A stretch of DNA of 64,000 nt, taken from assembly GCA_963736015.1 (NCBI GenBank), contig CAVTNG010000011.1, positions 68,442-132,441 of the forward strand. The letters run 5' to 3'. Positions 52,904 through 62,808 of the stretch are shown here, piece after piece (within the stretch, counting starts at the first letter, position 1; each line of letters opens with the position of its first letter). A program made the translations under genes and the position numbers. Below the pieces are notes generated by a model that did not search any database, was not told the DNA's origin, and saw only the letters and a list, made by a program, of their open reading frames with translations. This DNA comes from an uncultured Chloroflexia bacterium. GTDB lineage: Bacteria > Chloroflexota > Dehalococcoidia > DSTF01 > JACRBR01.

Positions 52904-53869
52904 CTATCCCTGGCTAGTCCCGGCCGCGAGCCGCGTCGGATGCGCCTCCGGGTGCGCGGTGACGAGGAGCCACAGGCCAGCGACCAGCAGCCACGCGAGT
53001 CCCAACAGCAGCCCTGACATCGTGAGGATCCACACGGTCGTGTCGCCGGCGCCGGCCGTCGCGGCGACGATCCCCACCGCGACACAGAGAGCGCTGAGCA
53101 GCGGTAGGCCGATGAGCCACCGGGGTACGAGGCTCTCCCGAACCGTGGCCAGCGCCATCGTGTAGACGCTCATCAGGAGGGCGCCCAAGGCGATCGTCGT
53201 CGTTGCCTGCACGGCCAGCGCGACTGCCCTCGCGGTCCACAATGCCGTCGCCTGTTCGGCCGGCGCGGCTCCGACATAGTCGTCCGCCAGCTCGACGAGC
53301 ACGATCTGGAGTCCCGTGGCGACGAGCTCGAGCGCGGCCCCACAGAGCAGCCCGAAGCCCACGAGCGCCGAGAAGACGGGCGCTCGCTCGCGAAGCGCGA
53401 CGAACAGCGTAGCCGCGACGGCGATCCAGAAAAGGCCCGTGGCGATTCTGAACGCGGCGTTGGCTGCGTTTTCGAGGCCGCTGAGATCCGCCAGCCGTAT
53501 CAGCTCTGCGCCGAAGCCCTCCTTCGCCGTGTCGATGCCGCTGATCGAGCCGGTGACCAGCACCATCGCGACCATCGCGACGAGCATGGCGCCGACTATG
53601 CGTTCGATCGGGATACGGATGTCCATCTGCGGTCCTTCCACGTTGATCCGCCAGAGCAGGTCCGCGGGCATGCCCCGCAGCGTCCGGCTGATCATCTGCA
53701 GCGCGACGCCGGCGCTGAAGCCTGTGTCCTCGGCGTCGTGCTGGTGCTCCCAAATGTCAGAGGCGATTTCGCGCCGGCGTGACTGGCGGACGTCGCGAGC
53801 GAGTCCAACTGTATAGGCGGCGGCCCAGCCGCGCGTCAGACGCGCTGCCGTCTGTGTCCATGTGCTCAT
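52904..53869 (-). CDS. Polytopic membrane protein co-transcribed with a PadR regulator
   Basis: Intact 321-aa ORF. It has an N-terminal cytoplasmic helix region followed by about 7 transmembrane helices. Its start overlaps the padR stop. Confidence 0.65.
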   Translation of the reverse strand: MSTWTQTAARLTRGWAAAYTVGLARDVRQSRRREIASDIWEHQHDAEDTGFSAGVALQMISRTLRGMPADLLWRINVEGPQMDIRIPIERIVGAMLVAMVAMVLVTGSISGIDTAKEGFGAELIRLADLSGLENAANAAFRIATGLFWIAVAATLFVALRERAPVFSALVGFGLLCGAALELVATGLQIVLVELADDYVGAAPAEQATALWTARAVALAVQATTTIALGALLMSVYTMALATVRESLVPRWLIGLPLLSALCVAVGIVAATAGAGDTTVWILTMSGLLLGLAWLLVAGLWLLVTAHPEAHPTRLAAGTSQG

Positions 53870-54252
53870 GACGGCGCCAGGCCCTTCTTCATAGGGCGCT
53901 TCGCGGTCGGCGCCGGCTCGGCCTGCGCGGCGACCTGCCAGGCCTGCCGGCCGCCCGCGGTGATGTGATACAGACGGCGCAGCGGGCGCTGCTCCTGTGC
54001 GGCGACGGCGGGGTCCTCCCAGCGACTGGCGAGGAAGCCGAGATTCTCGAGGCGCTCAAGGGCTCGATAGAGCGTCCCGTGTGCGGTGAGGCGGCGGGCG
54101 CCGTCGTCGTCGCGCAGCGCCTTCGCCATCGCGTAGCCATGGAACTCCTGGTCGGAGCCCCGGCCGAACTCGATCGAGGCGGCGAGGATGGCGATCTCAA
54201 GCGGTACGAGCGAGTTGGGCTTCCGTCTCATGCGGCGATTATGCGCCAGCAC
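53866..54252 (-). CDS. PadR-family transcriptional regulator
   Basis: Intact 128-aa ORF with HGYAMAKAL...GTLYRALERLENLGFL...RRLYHIT. Confidence 0.88.
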   Translation of the reverse strand: MLAHNRRMRRKPNSLVPLEIAILAASIEFGRGSDQEFHGYAMAKALRDDDGARRLTAHGTLYRALERLENLGFLASRWEDPAVAAQEQRPLRRLYHITAGGRQAWQVAAQAEPAPTAKRPMKKGLAPS

Positions 54253-54262
54253 GGGCGTTCCG

Positions 54263-54793
54263 TCAATAGGCAGATATCTGCGTATTCTTCGGCGTCAAGC
54301 CATGTCTGAGTGCGATGTTGCCGCTGAGCCACCAGGAGCGGATGCCGCGGCGGGCGAGAAGGGCATCGACGCTGAGGGCCTGGCGATGGGGCCAGAGGAT
54401 GAGGGCGACCTCGAGGGCGACGAACACGGCATCGATGATGGCGCCGACGGTGTAGGCGCCGTTCATGATGAAGAAGTTGGCGTTCATGACGAGGGCGGTG
54501 ATGGCGGTCAGGCGCGTCGCGACGCCGAGGATGAGGGCGACGCCGACGGCGAGCTCGCCGGCGATGACGACCGGGGTCCAGAGATCGGTGTGCGGCAGGA
54601 CGACGTTCTCGAGGAACGCGCGGTAGGGGGCGGGAATGGCGTTGTCATCGAGGGCGGACCGGAGCATGTGCTCGAGGCCATCGCCGCCGAGCCAGCCCTT
54701 CGCGATCTGGCCGGTGGCCTCGTAGAGGAAGAAGAGGCCCATGGTGACGCGGGCGACGAGGAGGGCGATGCCCGGGAATGCGGCGAACTTCAT
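54263..54793 (-). CDS. DoxX-family membrane protein
   Basis: Intact 176-aa ORF with 4 transmembrane helices and ARVTMGLFFLYE. Confidence 0.75.
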   Translation of the reverse strand: MKFAAFPGIALLVARVTMGLFFLYEATGQIAKGWLGGDGLEHMLRSALDDNAIPAPYRAFLENVVLPHTDLWTPVVIAGELAVGVALILGVATRLTAITALVMNANFFIMNGAYTVGAIIDAVFVALEVALILWPHRQALSVDALLARRGIRSWWLSGNIALRHGLTPKNTQISAY

Positions 54794-54934
54794 GTATGCG
54801 CTTTCCTGCTACCAGCGCTGAGGATCATACGGCGGCGGCCGGACTTCGGCCTTCTGCGGGTGGGCGCCAGGTTGTGTGGTACGGGCGTACAATTGCAGCG
54901 GCGGCCCTCTCTACGAGGGACCTGAGGCGCGCGT

Positions 54935-55654
54935 ATGCCAGTGGTGACGGTTTCGGGGAACCTGGGGAGCGGGGCGCGTGAGATCGCGCAGGCGGTGGCC
55001 GTCCGGCTGGGGCTGGACTACGTCGACCAGGAGATCATGGTCGAGGCGGCGCGGCGGCTGGGCGTGAGCGTGTCGGCGGTGGAGAGCCACGACGAGCGGC
55101 CGAGCCGGCTGGGCGAGCGCCTGGCGTCGGTGATGCGGACGCTGATGGAGCGCTCGGCGCTCGCGGGAACGGCGGACCCGATGACGGGGGCTGGAGCGGG
55201 CGGGCTGGACCTGATCCTGGCGCAGACATACGGGGAGGCGGCGGGGCTCCCAACGGATGCGCCGCGGGGGCAGCTCGATGACGAGAGTTACCTGGGGACA
55301 CTGACATCCGTGGTCCGGGGCATCGCGGCACGGGGTAACGTCGTGATCCTGGGGCGGGGGAGCCAGGCGATCCTGCGCGAGGCGCCGGAGACGGTGCACG
55401 TATACGTGTGGGCGCCTAAGGAGCAGCGCATCGCGGGGCTTGTTGAACGGGACGGTGAGGCGCCGGAAGAGGCGGCGCGCCGGGTGAAGGCGAGCGACGA
55501 GAACCGGCGGCAGTTCCATCGGCGGTTCTTCAAGGTGGAGGCGGAGGACGCGCGGCTGTACGACCTGTCGATCAACGCGGCACGGATGTCGCAGGAGCTT
55601 GCAGTGCGGCTGATCGCGGACGTGGTGTCGGAGCGGACGCCTCGGCCGGGGTGA
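54935..55654 (+). CDS. Cytidylate-kinase-like family protein
   Basis: Intact 239-aa ORF with VVTVSGNLGSGAREIAQAVA. Confidence 0.7.
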   Translation: MPVVTVSGNLGSGAREIAQAVAVRLGLDYVDQEIMVEAARRLGVSVSAVESHDERPSRLGERLASVMRTLMERSALAGTADPMTGAGAGGLDLILAQTYGEAAGLPTDAPRGQLDDESYLGTLTSVVRGIAARGNVVILGRGSQAILREAPETVHVYVWAPKEQRIAGLVERDGEAPEEAARRVKASDENRRQFHRRFFKVEAEDARLYDLSINAARMSQELAVRLIADVVSERTPRPG

Positions 55655-56012
55655 GGGGGGCGTGGGAAGTGGGCCGGAAGTGGGAAGTGGGAGGGGCGCG
55701 TCCGGGGTTGGTGGATGGGGATGGGGCGATCGAGGTGGGCGGGGTAGATCCTTCGCTACGCTCAGGATGACAGAACTACGGCTCAGGATGACAGAACCAG
55801 CGCGCGGGATGACAGGACCGGCGCGCGGGATGACGGAACTAGCGCTCAGGATGGCGAATCGGCACGCCGGGGGTTGGTGGTTGGGGGATGGGGCGATCGA
55901 GGTGGGCGGGAGTAGATCCTTCGCTACGCTCAGGATGACAGAACTACGGCTTAGGATGACAAAGCTAGCGGTCAGGATGACGGAACTAGCGCGCAGGATG
56001 ACGGATGTTCCG
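55655..56012 (+). repeat. Composite intergenic element with a ~164-nt segmental tandem duplication (55705-55868 and 55869-56012). Each copy ends in 21-nt ...CTCAGGATGACAG... units.
   Basis: Read directly from the sequence. ORF 55662-56051 (RSFATLRMTELRLRMTE...) is simply its translation. Confidence 0.85.
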
Positions 56013-56041
56013 GTTCACAAAGCGGATTCTCGAGGCGGCGG

Positions 56042-56380
56042 ATGTATTTGAGTCCTGAGGCGCAGCGGCTGTTGGAGGACGTGCGGGCGGCGCATGAGCG
56101 GTTGATCACGCATGCGGGGGCAGGGGATGCGGAGCGGCGGGGGTTCCGGGCGGTGTACGAGGCGCTGGAGTCGGCGCTCGGGGATGTGGACGACGCGGGG
56201 TTGACGTCGGCGGCGGCTGACGGCGGGTGGTCTCGAGCGCAGGTGCTGGTGCACATCGCGGAGCACGACCAGAAGTTCGAGGAGGCGTCGGAGCGCGGGC
56301 TCGGGCACATGATCGAGCACGGGCTGGAGCATGCGCGGGCGCTGTGGATCGGACGGACGTCCAGCGGTGGCGCCGTTTGA
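56042..56380 (+). CDS. Hypothetical 112-aa protein
   Basis: Intact ORF. Its stop overlaps the TTG start of plsY (TTGA). Confidence 0.5.
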   Translation: MYLSPEAQRLLEDVRAAHERLITHAGAGDAERRGFRAVYEALESALGDVDDAGLTSAAADGGWSRAQVLVHIAEHDQKFEEASERGLGHMIEHGLEHARALWIGRTSSGGAV

Positions 56381-57056
56381 GCCACGGTCGGGCCGTCGCC
56401 GCGATCGCGGCGTCGTACGCGATCGGGAGCGTGCCGGTCGCGTATCTGGCCGGGACGGTGGCGCGGGGTGGATATTCGCGATGTGGGGAGCGGGAACGTC
56501 GGGGCTTCGAACATCGGGGAGAGCGTATCGAAGGGACTGATGGTGCCGGTGGGCCTGGCGCAGATCGCGCAGGGGCTGGCGGGGCCGCTGCTGGCGCGGG
56601 CGGCGGGGCAGACGTCGGGGGTGCAGGTGGCGGCGGGGGTCGCGGCGATCGCGGCGCACGACTGGAATCCGTGGCTGCGGTTCCAGGGCGGGCGCGGCGT
56701 CGGCCCCGCGATCGGGTTCCTGCTGGCGATGGCGCCTCGCAACGGGCTGCCGGCGTTCGTAGCGGTGGCGGTAGCAGGCGTGCCATTCAAGGCCTCGGCG
56801 CAGAGCATCGGGGCGGGGCTGGTGGCGGCGCCGGTGGCGGCGTACGCGGGCGCGGGCGCGGCGCACAGTGGTGCTGGGCTGCGCCGCGGTGGCATCGATG
56901 GTGCTGTTGAAGCGCGTGCTGGCGAACGGGGCGCCGGCGGCGGAACTAGCGCGGCCGGAGGTGTGGTGGACGCGGCTGGTGTACGACCGGGACATCCGGG
57001 ACCGGGAGGCGTGGGTGCGTCGGGGGCTGGGCGAAGATGCGGCGGAATCGGCGTAG
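56377..57056 (+). CDS. plsY: Glycerol-3-phosphate acyltransferase PlsY; frameshifted
   Basis: Frames of 56227-56910, 56468-57163 and 56868-57056. Strings: SYAIGSVPVAYL, GSGNVGASN, IAAHDWNPWLRFQGGRG. Confidence 0.75.
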
Positions 57057-57261
57057 CGGCTAGAGCGGCGGCCTTCGGTTCAACACAGAGACACAGAGGA
57101 CGCAGAGGGTTGTGTGGTGGCTGCGATTGTGGGCGTCGACGTCAGTACCCAAAATGCCGATGAGCCGTCGTGCAAAAGCGGCAACGACCGCGATCGGAGA
57201 CTGGCGGTAAACTCTTCCCGCGCCCTCGTATCTGGCACGAAGGAGATGAGATCAGTCGCCA

Positions 57262-57552
57262 GTGAACCTGCTCGTTCTGGCGGTTATCGCGGGGCTTTGC
57301 GTCGGATTACCTGCCGCGCTTCTTCGATTCATCTCTGAGCGTCGGCGTGTGCCGCGATCGATTGTTTTCGGCGTCGGCGCGATTTCAGCCTTCTCGGCGG
57401 GACTGGTAGCATCGTCGGCGTTCGCACCACCGTGGGTGCCCTATGTGCTTTTCAGCGCGCTCCTAGGGGTAGCGGGCGCGGTCGCGTTCGCTTCCATCAT
57501 CGGATCGAGCTCGGGCCAACCCGCTTCGATCGCAGACAAGCCAAGTCCATGA
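57262..57552 (+). CDS. Small membrane protein (96 aa)
   Basis: Intact ORF with 3 hydrophobic helices. Confidence 0.5.
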   Translation: MNLLVLAVIAGLCVGLPAALLRFISERRRVPRSIVFGVGAISAFSAGLVASSAFAPPWVPYVLFSALLGVAGAVAFASIIGSSSGQPASIADKPSP

Positions 57553-57692
57553 TTAGTTCGCCTATGGGCCCTGGAGCCGACACGCAGGCCTGCCTACACG
57601 AGGGGCGCGCGCTTCTCGCGCGAACGGCGAACCACGCTGCGGCGCGGGCGTGGGTTAGACTGGAACGTCACATCTTCGCGCGCTAATTCCTC

Positions 57693-59111
57693 ATGATTTT
57701 TCCCTTTGTCCCTGGTTTGAAGCGACGTATTGCCGCGGGCGCGATCGTGGTTGCGCTGGCGCTTGTGGCGCTGGCTTGCAGCGACGACAAAACGACGCCG
57801 CGGACGCCTTCTTCGATGGGGGTACCGACGGAGACGGCGACGGCGGAGGTCGCCGCGGCTTCGCCGACGGCGCCGGTTGGGACGGCGACGCCGGACCCGG
57901 CGCTTCTGCGGGACGGCGGGGTGGCGATGATCCAGACCGCGTTCGTGCGGCTGATGGACCAGTACATCAACCCGCTGAACTCGTCGGACCTGCTGTCGCA
58001 GGCGTGGGCGGGGGTGCGGCAGGAGGCGGCGGCGGAGGGGCTGCGCATCGGTGCGGCGCCTGCGTTCACGGGGGACCGCGCAGCGGACATCGCGGCGTTC
58101 GAGGCGGCGTACGTGCCGCTGGCGGCGCAGGCATCGGACGCGACGAAGCTGCGGTACGCGGCGATCTCGCAGATGGCCGCGAGCCTGAACGACTGCCACA
58201 CGTTCTTCCTGACGCCCGTGGGGAGCGACACGCTGATCGACACGCGGTCCGGCGCAGGGGCGGTGGGCATCGGCGTGGAACTGGCGGGGGCGCCGCCGGT
58301 GATCACGGAGGTGATCACGGGAGGGCCGGCGGACCGGGCGGGGCTGCGCATCGGCGACCGGATCCTGGCGGTGGACGGCACGGACACGACGTCGCTGCCG
58401 CCGCGGGGGACGTTCGACCTGATCAACGGGCGCGAGGGGACGGTAGCGGCGCTCTCGATCCGGCGTGCGGGGGAGGCGGCGCCGCTGGCGATCGGGGTGA
58501 CGCGCGAGCGGGTGACGCCGCCGAACATCGAGTCGCGGCTGCTGGGGAACGGCATCGGTTATGTACGGGTGCGGAACTTCGTCGACGGCGGGATTGCGAC
58601 GCCACTGCGGGACGTGCTGACGGGGTTTGAGCTGCAGGGTGTGACGAAGTGGATCATCGACCTGCGGGACGACCCGGGCGGGCGCGAGGACACGAACGCG
58701 ATGAGCCTGTTCGTGCCGGACGGGGTGCTGGTGAAGAGCAGGTTCCGGGACCGGACAGAGGAGGAGCGGGCGACGGGCGCGACGCTGCCGGTGGTGCGGC
58801 CGACGGTGCTGCTGGCGGACAACCGGACGGGGTCGGTGGCGGAGCTGTTCGCGGCGGGGCTGCAGGAGTACGGCGTGGCGCACGTCATCGGGCAGACGAC
58901 GAACGGGTGCGTGGGGTTCACGGACGTACAGCCGCTCGGGGACGGGTCGTCGCTGGCGGTAACGGTGGCGGTCAACATCGGGCCGGTGACGGGGAAGGAA
59001 CTGGCGGGCGTCGGGGTGGTGCCGGACGAGGCGGTGGGGCGGACGCAGGCGGACGTGCTGAACGGGGTGGACCCGCAGCTGGATGCGGCGGTGCGGTACT
59101 TCGGCGGGTGA
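57693..59111 (+). CDS. S41-family C-terminal processing peptidase (lipoprotein)
   Basis: Intact 472-aa ORF. It has a lipobox LVALAC, a PDZ segment GDRILAVDG, and DLRDDPGG...GSVAELFA. Confidence 0.88.
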   Translation: MIFPFVPGLKRRIAAGAIVVALALVALACSDDKTTPRTPSSMGVPTETATAEVAAASPTAPVGTATPDPALLRDGGVAMIQTAFVRLMDQYINPLNSSDLLSQAWAGVRQEAAAEGLRIGAAPAFTGDRAADIAAFEAAYVPLAAQASDATKLRYAAISQMAASLNDCHTFFLTPVGSDTLIDTRSGAGAVGIGVELAGAPPVITEVITGGPADRAGLRIGDRILAVDGTDTTSLPPRGTFDLINGREGTVAALSIRRAGEAAPLAIGVTRERVTPPNIESRLLGNGIGYVRVRNFVDGGIATPLRDVLTGFELQGVTKWIIDLRDDPGGREDTNAMSLFVPDGVLVKSRFRDRTEEERATGATLPVVRPTVLLADNRTGSVAELFAAGLQEYGVAHVIGQTTNGCVGFTDVQPLGDGSSLAVTVAVNIGPVTGKELAGVGVVPDEAVGRTQADVLNGVDPQLDAAVRYFGG

Positions 59112-59340
59112 GGGGGGTGACCACAGATTCCACAGATGGCACAGATTGGGAGACGTGGGGGCGCGGGAAGTGGGAAGCGAGACGCGGGAGTTTTGGGAGC
59201 ACCGCGGCCCCGGGCGGGGTTGCTGGCTGTTGCCCGGGCGGTGGGTGGCCGCAGGGGATGGATTCCTCGGCTGCGCTTCGCTCCGCTCGGAATGACAGGC
59301 ATCGGCGCTTCGCTTCGCTCGGACTCACGCGGGCGGCAGC
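59112..59340 (+). repeat. Composite intergenic element: CACAGAT heptads, a G-rich GGGAAGTGGGAAGCGAGACGCGGGA block, and a ...GCTCGGAATGACAG variant
   Basis: Read directly from the sequence. It starts at the stop codon of the S41 peptidase gene. Confidence 0.75.
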
Positions 59341-59485
59341 GCGCGGCGCCGGGCGGTCAAGGCTGGTCGGGTTGCGTCTCTCGGGGTGATTGAGCGGTGG
59401 CGTTGGGTGTGAGGGCGGGCGTTCGTATACTCCAGCGTGGGCGCCGGTCGGCGCCTGTTGTGTCTTCTGAACCTGCGGTGATGAG

Positions 59486-60823
59486 ATGGTGTTTGATCCG
59501 GCGTATGCAGCGATCTTTCCGCGCACTACGGAGGTGCGGGGCGGGCGGCTGAGCATCGGCGGGCTGGATGCACAGGAGCTGACGCGGGAGTTCGGGTCGC
59601 CGCTCTACGTCTTCGACGACGAGGAGCTGCGGTCGGCGTGCCGGGAGTACATCGCGGCGTTCCGGTCGCGGTACGAGCGCACGGACATCGCGTACGCATC
59701 GAAGGCGTACCTGAGCCGGTACATGGCTTCGATCGCGCGGGACGAGGGGATCTCTCTGGACATCGTCTCGGGCGGGGAGCTGGCGGTGGCGCTGGCGGCG
59801 GGGTTTCCGGCGGCGCGGAGCCACTTTCACGGCAACAACAAGGGCGAGGACGAGCTGCGCGAGGCGATCGAGGCCGGCGTGGGGCGGATCATCGTCGACA
59901 ACTTTTACGAGCTGGAGCTGCTGGACCGTGTCGCGGCGACGCTCGGGGTGCGGCAGGCGATCATCCTGCGGCTATCGCCGGGGGTGGACCCGCACACGCA
60001 CGCGAAGACGACGACGGGGACGCTGGACAACAAGTTCGGACTGCCGATCTCGACCGGGGCGGCGGAGCAGGCGGTGGCGGATGCGCAGCGGCTGGCGCAC
60101 GTCGAGCTGATCGGGCTGCACTGCCACCTGGGGTCGCCGCTGTTCTCGCTGGAGCCGTACGACGAGGCGAACGCGGTGATGCTGGCGTTCGCATCGGACA
60201 TGCGGCGGAAGCACGGGCTGGAGCTGCGGGAGTACAGTCCGGGCGGGGGATTCGCATCGCAGTACGTGCGGGAGAAGCCGGCGCCGCCTGTGGAGGCATA
60301 CGCGGAGGCGATCGTGTCGTCGTTCCTGCGGCGGTGCAAGGAGCACGACATCGAGCCGCCGCGGCTGTTCGTCGAGCCGGGACGGTCGCTCGTCGCGCGG
60401 GCGGGGGTGGCGCTGTACACGGTCGGGGCGCGCAAGGAGGTCGAGGGGCTGCGGACGTGGGTGTCGGTGGACGGGGGGATGGCGGACAACATCCGGCCGG
60501 CGATTTACGACGCGAAGTACGAGGCGGTGGTGGTGAACCGCGCGGACGATGAGCCGGCGGAGACGGTGACGATCGCGGGGAAGTACTGCGAGTCGGGCGA
60601 CATCCTGGTGAAGGACGCGCGGCTGCCGCGGACGGCGCCGGGCGACGTGGTGGCGCTGCCGGCATCGGGGGCGTACTGCATCGCGATGTCGAGCAACTAC
60701 AACATGGCGCTGCGGCCGGCGGTGGTCTCGGTGCGGGAGGGGAAGGCGCGGCTGGTGCGGCGCCGGGAGACGTACGCGGATTTGATGGCTACGGATGTTT
60801 GGGAGGAGCCGGGTGGGAAGTGA
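59486..60823 (+). CDS. lysA: Diaminopimelate decarboxylase
   Basis: Intact 445-aa ORF with YASKAY, HFHGNNK, HCHLGS, SPGGGF, CESGD. Confidence 0.9.
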   Translation: MVFDPAYAAIFPRTTEVRGGRLSIGGLDAQELTREFGSPLYVFDDEELRSACREYIAAFRSRYERTDIAYASKAYLSRYMASIARDEGISLDIVSGGELAVALAAGFPAARSHFHGNNKGEDELREAIEAGVGRIIVDNFYELELLDRVAATLGVRQAIILRLSPGVDPHTHAKTTTGTLDNKFGLPISTGAAEQAVADAQRLAHVELIGLHCHLGSPLFSLEPYDEANAVMLAFASDMRRKHGLELREYSPGGGFASQYVREKPAPPVEAYAEAIVSSFLRRCKEHDIEPPRLFVEPGRSLVARAGVALYTVGARKEVEGLRTWVSVDGGMADNIRPAIYDAKYEAVVVNRADDEPAETVTIAGKYCESGDILVKDARLPRTAPGDVVALPASGAYCIAMSSNYNMALRPAVVSVREGKARLVRRRETYADLMATDVWEEPGGK

Positions 60824-60990
60824 GATGCGGGACGCGGGAAGCGAGAAGGCTTCGAGACGGCGCGCGGGTGGCCCCGTGGTGGTGCGGGTGAGGTGGACGG
60901 AGTAGATCCTTCGCTGGCGCTCAGGATGACAGGTTGCGTCAGGATGACGGAGTGCGCAGGATGACAGGCAGGATCTCGGGATGAGACCTG
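60812..60990 (+). repeat. Composite intergenic element: a G-rich block followed by GTAGATCCTTCGCTGGCGCTCAGGATGACAG units
   Basis: Read directly from the sequence. The lysA stop lies inside GGGAAGTGAGATG. Confidence 0.8.
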
Positions 60991-60994
60991 TCGG

Positions 60995-62075
60995 TCAGTA
61001 GCCGCGGGCGGGGTCTACTACGTTGCGGAGGGGTTCGCCGGCGAGGTAGCGGCGGAGGTTCTCGGCGAAGATGGCGACGGCGCGCTGGTTGTAGATCTCG
61101 GTGCCGCCGCTGATGTGCGGCGTCAGGACGACGTTCTCCATGTCCCAGAGCGGACTCTCGGCGGGCAGCGGCTCCTGCTCGAAGACGTCGAGGGCGGCGC
61201 CCGCGATCCATCCCTCTTGCAGGGCGCGGACGAGGTCTGACTCGACGATCACAGGGCCGCGGGCGATGTTCACGATGACGGCCGTGGGCTTCATCGACCG
61301 CAGCTCGCGCTCGCCGATCATGCCGCGCGTTTCGGGCGTGAGCGGGACGCTCAGTACGACGTAGTCGCTCTCGGCCAGCAGCCACGGCAGCTCCGACGAT
61401 GGCACGATGACATCGGCGTGCGGGGCGCTGCTGCGTTCGGTCGCGGAGCGCGTCGTGGCGAGTACGCGGCATCCGAAGGCCTTCGCGAGGCGGCCCGCTT
61501 CGGCGCCGATGTTGCCGGCGCCGACGATGCCGACGGTCTTGCCGTACAGCTCGCTCGGGGCGAATCGCGTCCACTCGTGCTTCACCTGCGCGCGCATGGT
61601 CTTCGGGGCGCCCTTCGCGAACATGAGGATGGACGGGATGATGAACTCGCCGATGGGCGTCGCGTGGAGTCCGCTGACGGTCGTGACGGTGACGCCTTCC
61701 TCGATGAAGCCGCTGTTGAGGAGTCGGTCGGCGCCGGCGCTGGTGAGCTGCACCCACTTCAGGTGCGGGCGCGACGTCTTTGAGTGAGAGTTTGTCGGAC
61801 GCAGCGGTGCCGCTGTCGCGGTGTCGCGCAGTGCGGCGGCCAGCTCGCCGCCCCAGAAGCCGAACACCACCTCAGCACGCTCGAAGGCACCGTGGAGGCC
61901 CTCGGCGACGGCCTCGCGCTCGCGCTCGCTGGGGTAGCGGAAGCCGCGGAGCAGGCGGCGCTGGTCCTGGCCGAGGCACATCGATCTGGATACGGTCGGG
62001 GTCGACGGCCTGGATCCGGTCGATGAGGTCGGGCTCGAGGGCGAAGGTGATGAGGACGGGCAGTTTGTCGGTCAT
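60995..62075 (-). CDS. D-2-hydroxyacid dehydrogenase (NAD-binding, PGDH-like); one frameshift near 61985
   Basis: ORF 60995-61981 (GIVGAGNIGAE, ARGPVI, TPHISG) plus the N-terminus MTDKLPVLITFA in ORF 61872-62141. Confidence 0.85.
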
Positions 62076-62255
62076 GCGTCTATCTCCCGCAGAAGCGTAA
62101 GGGCATCTCGCGTGATGTCCCAGTGGTTTCGATGTCGACATGGCGATCTTTGCGCGGGTGGTGGGTTTACGGTGAACTCACGCCATGCAGTTGGTGATTG
62201 ATGCAGCGGATGAACCAGAGACGTCCCCGCGCAGCGAGTCAGGTTCCGTGCGCCA

Positions 62256-62788
62256 ATGAGATGGATCGTCGTGGGGGTGCTCGGGCTCGCCGTTGGTCTG
62301 GCCTTCGCCGCGTGCCGCGGAGAGGAGCGAGTTCCACCTGATCTGCTCCAGACGTTGAACGCGTGTCCGCGTGGCGTATCGGAGTCCGACAGTACGACCG
62401 CAGTTGTGTCGACGAGCTCTATCACCATGCCGTTGTGATTCCGGACCCCGGCAGCGATTATCTGCAGCCGAGCTTTGAGATCGTCACACCGGTCGATCCC
62501 GCTCAGCTCGGCGTCAAGTGGATAGCAAAGAGCGGGGACGGGCGGGACAACATCACCGTGCGGGCCGACCCCATTGGCGTCAACCGGTTCCCACCGCTCC
62601 TCGGAACGTTCGATGTCGATGGAGTTCGAGTGACGGAAGGTAAACCCGAATCGAATGGGCGCGCGCGATACTACTTCGAGTTGCCAGGTTGGTGGTACAC
62701 GCTCGAAGGGCCTAACTACGACGATGAACACGCGGCGTTCACGATGTCCGTGCTGAGAAAAATGATCGGCCCAAGGAACAGTTCGTGA
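62256..62788 (+). CDS. Hypothetical lipoprotein; one frameshift near 62400
   Basis: ORF 62256-62438 (lipobox LAFAAC) joins ORF 62363-62788. Confidence 0.55.
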
Positions 62789-62808
62789 CGGCGGCGATGA
62801 ACGGCGGC

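Noticed and set aside
55662-56051. ORF encoding RSFATLRMTELRLRMTEPARGMT..., and the possibility of a CRISPR array given the 21-nt periodic units (also at 50688-50785 and 60901-60990).
   Set aside because: The units are directly abutting degenerate tandem repeats with no unique spacers of CRISPR length. No cas genes are present. The ORF is a translation of the repeat.
50867-58883. Long Arg/Pro-rich minus-strand ORFs: 50867-52051, 51973-53085, 54911-55519, 56015-56995 and 57594-58883.
   Set aside because: They are antisense shadows of well-supported plus-strand genes (the epimerase, response regulator, cmk-like gene, plsY and S41 peptidase). Their composition is typical of non-coding frames in GC-rich DNA.
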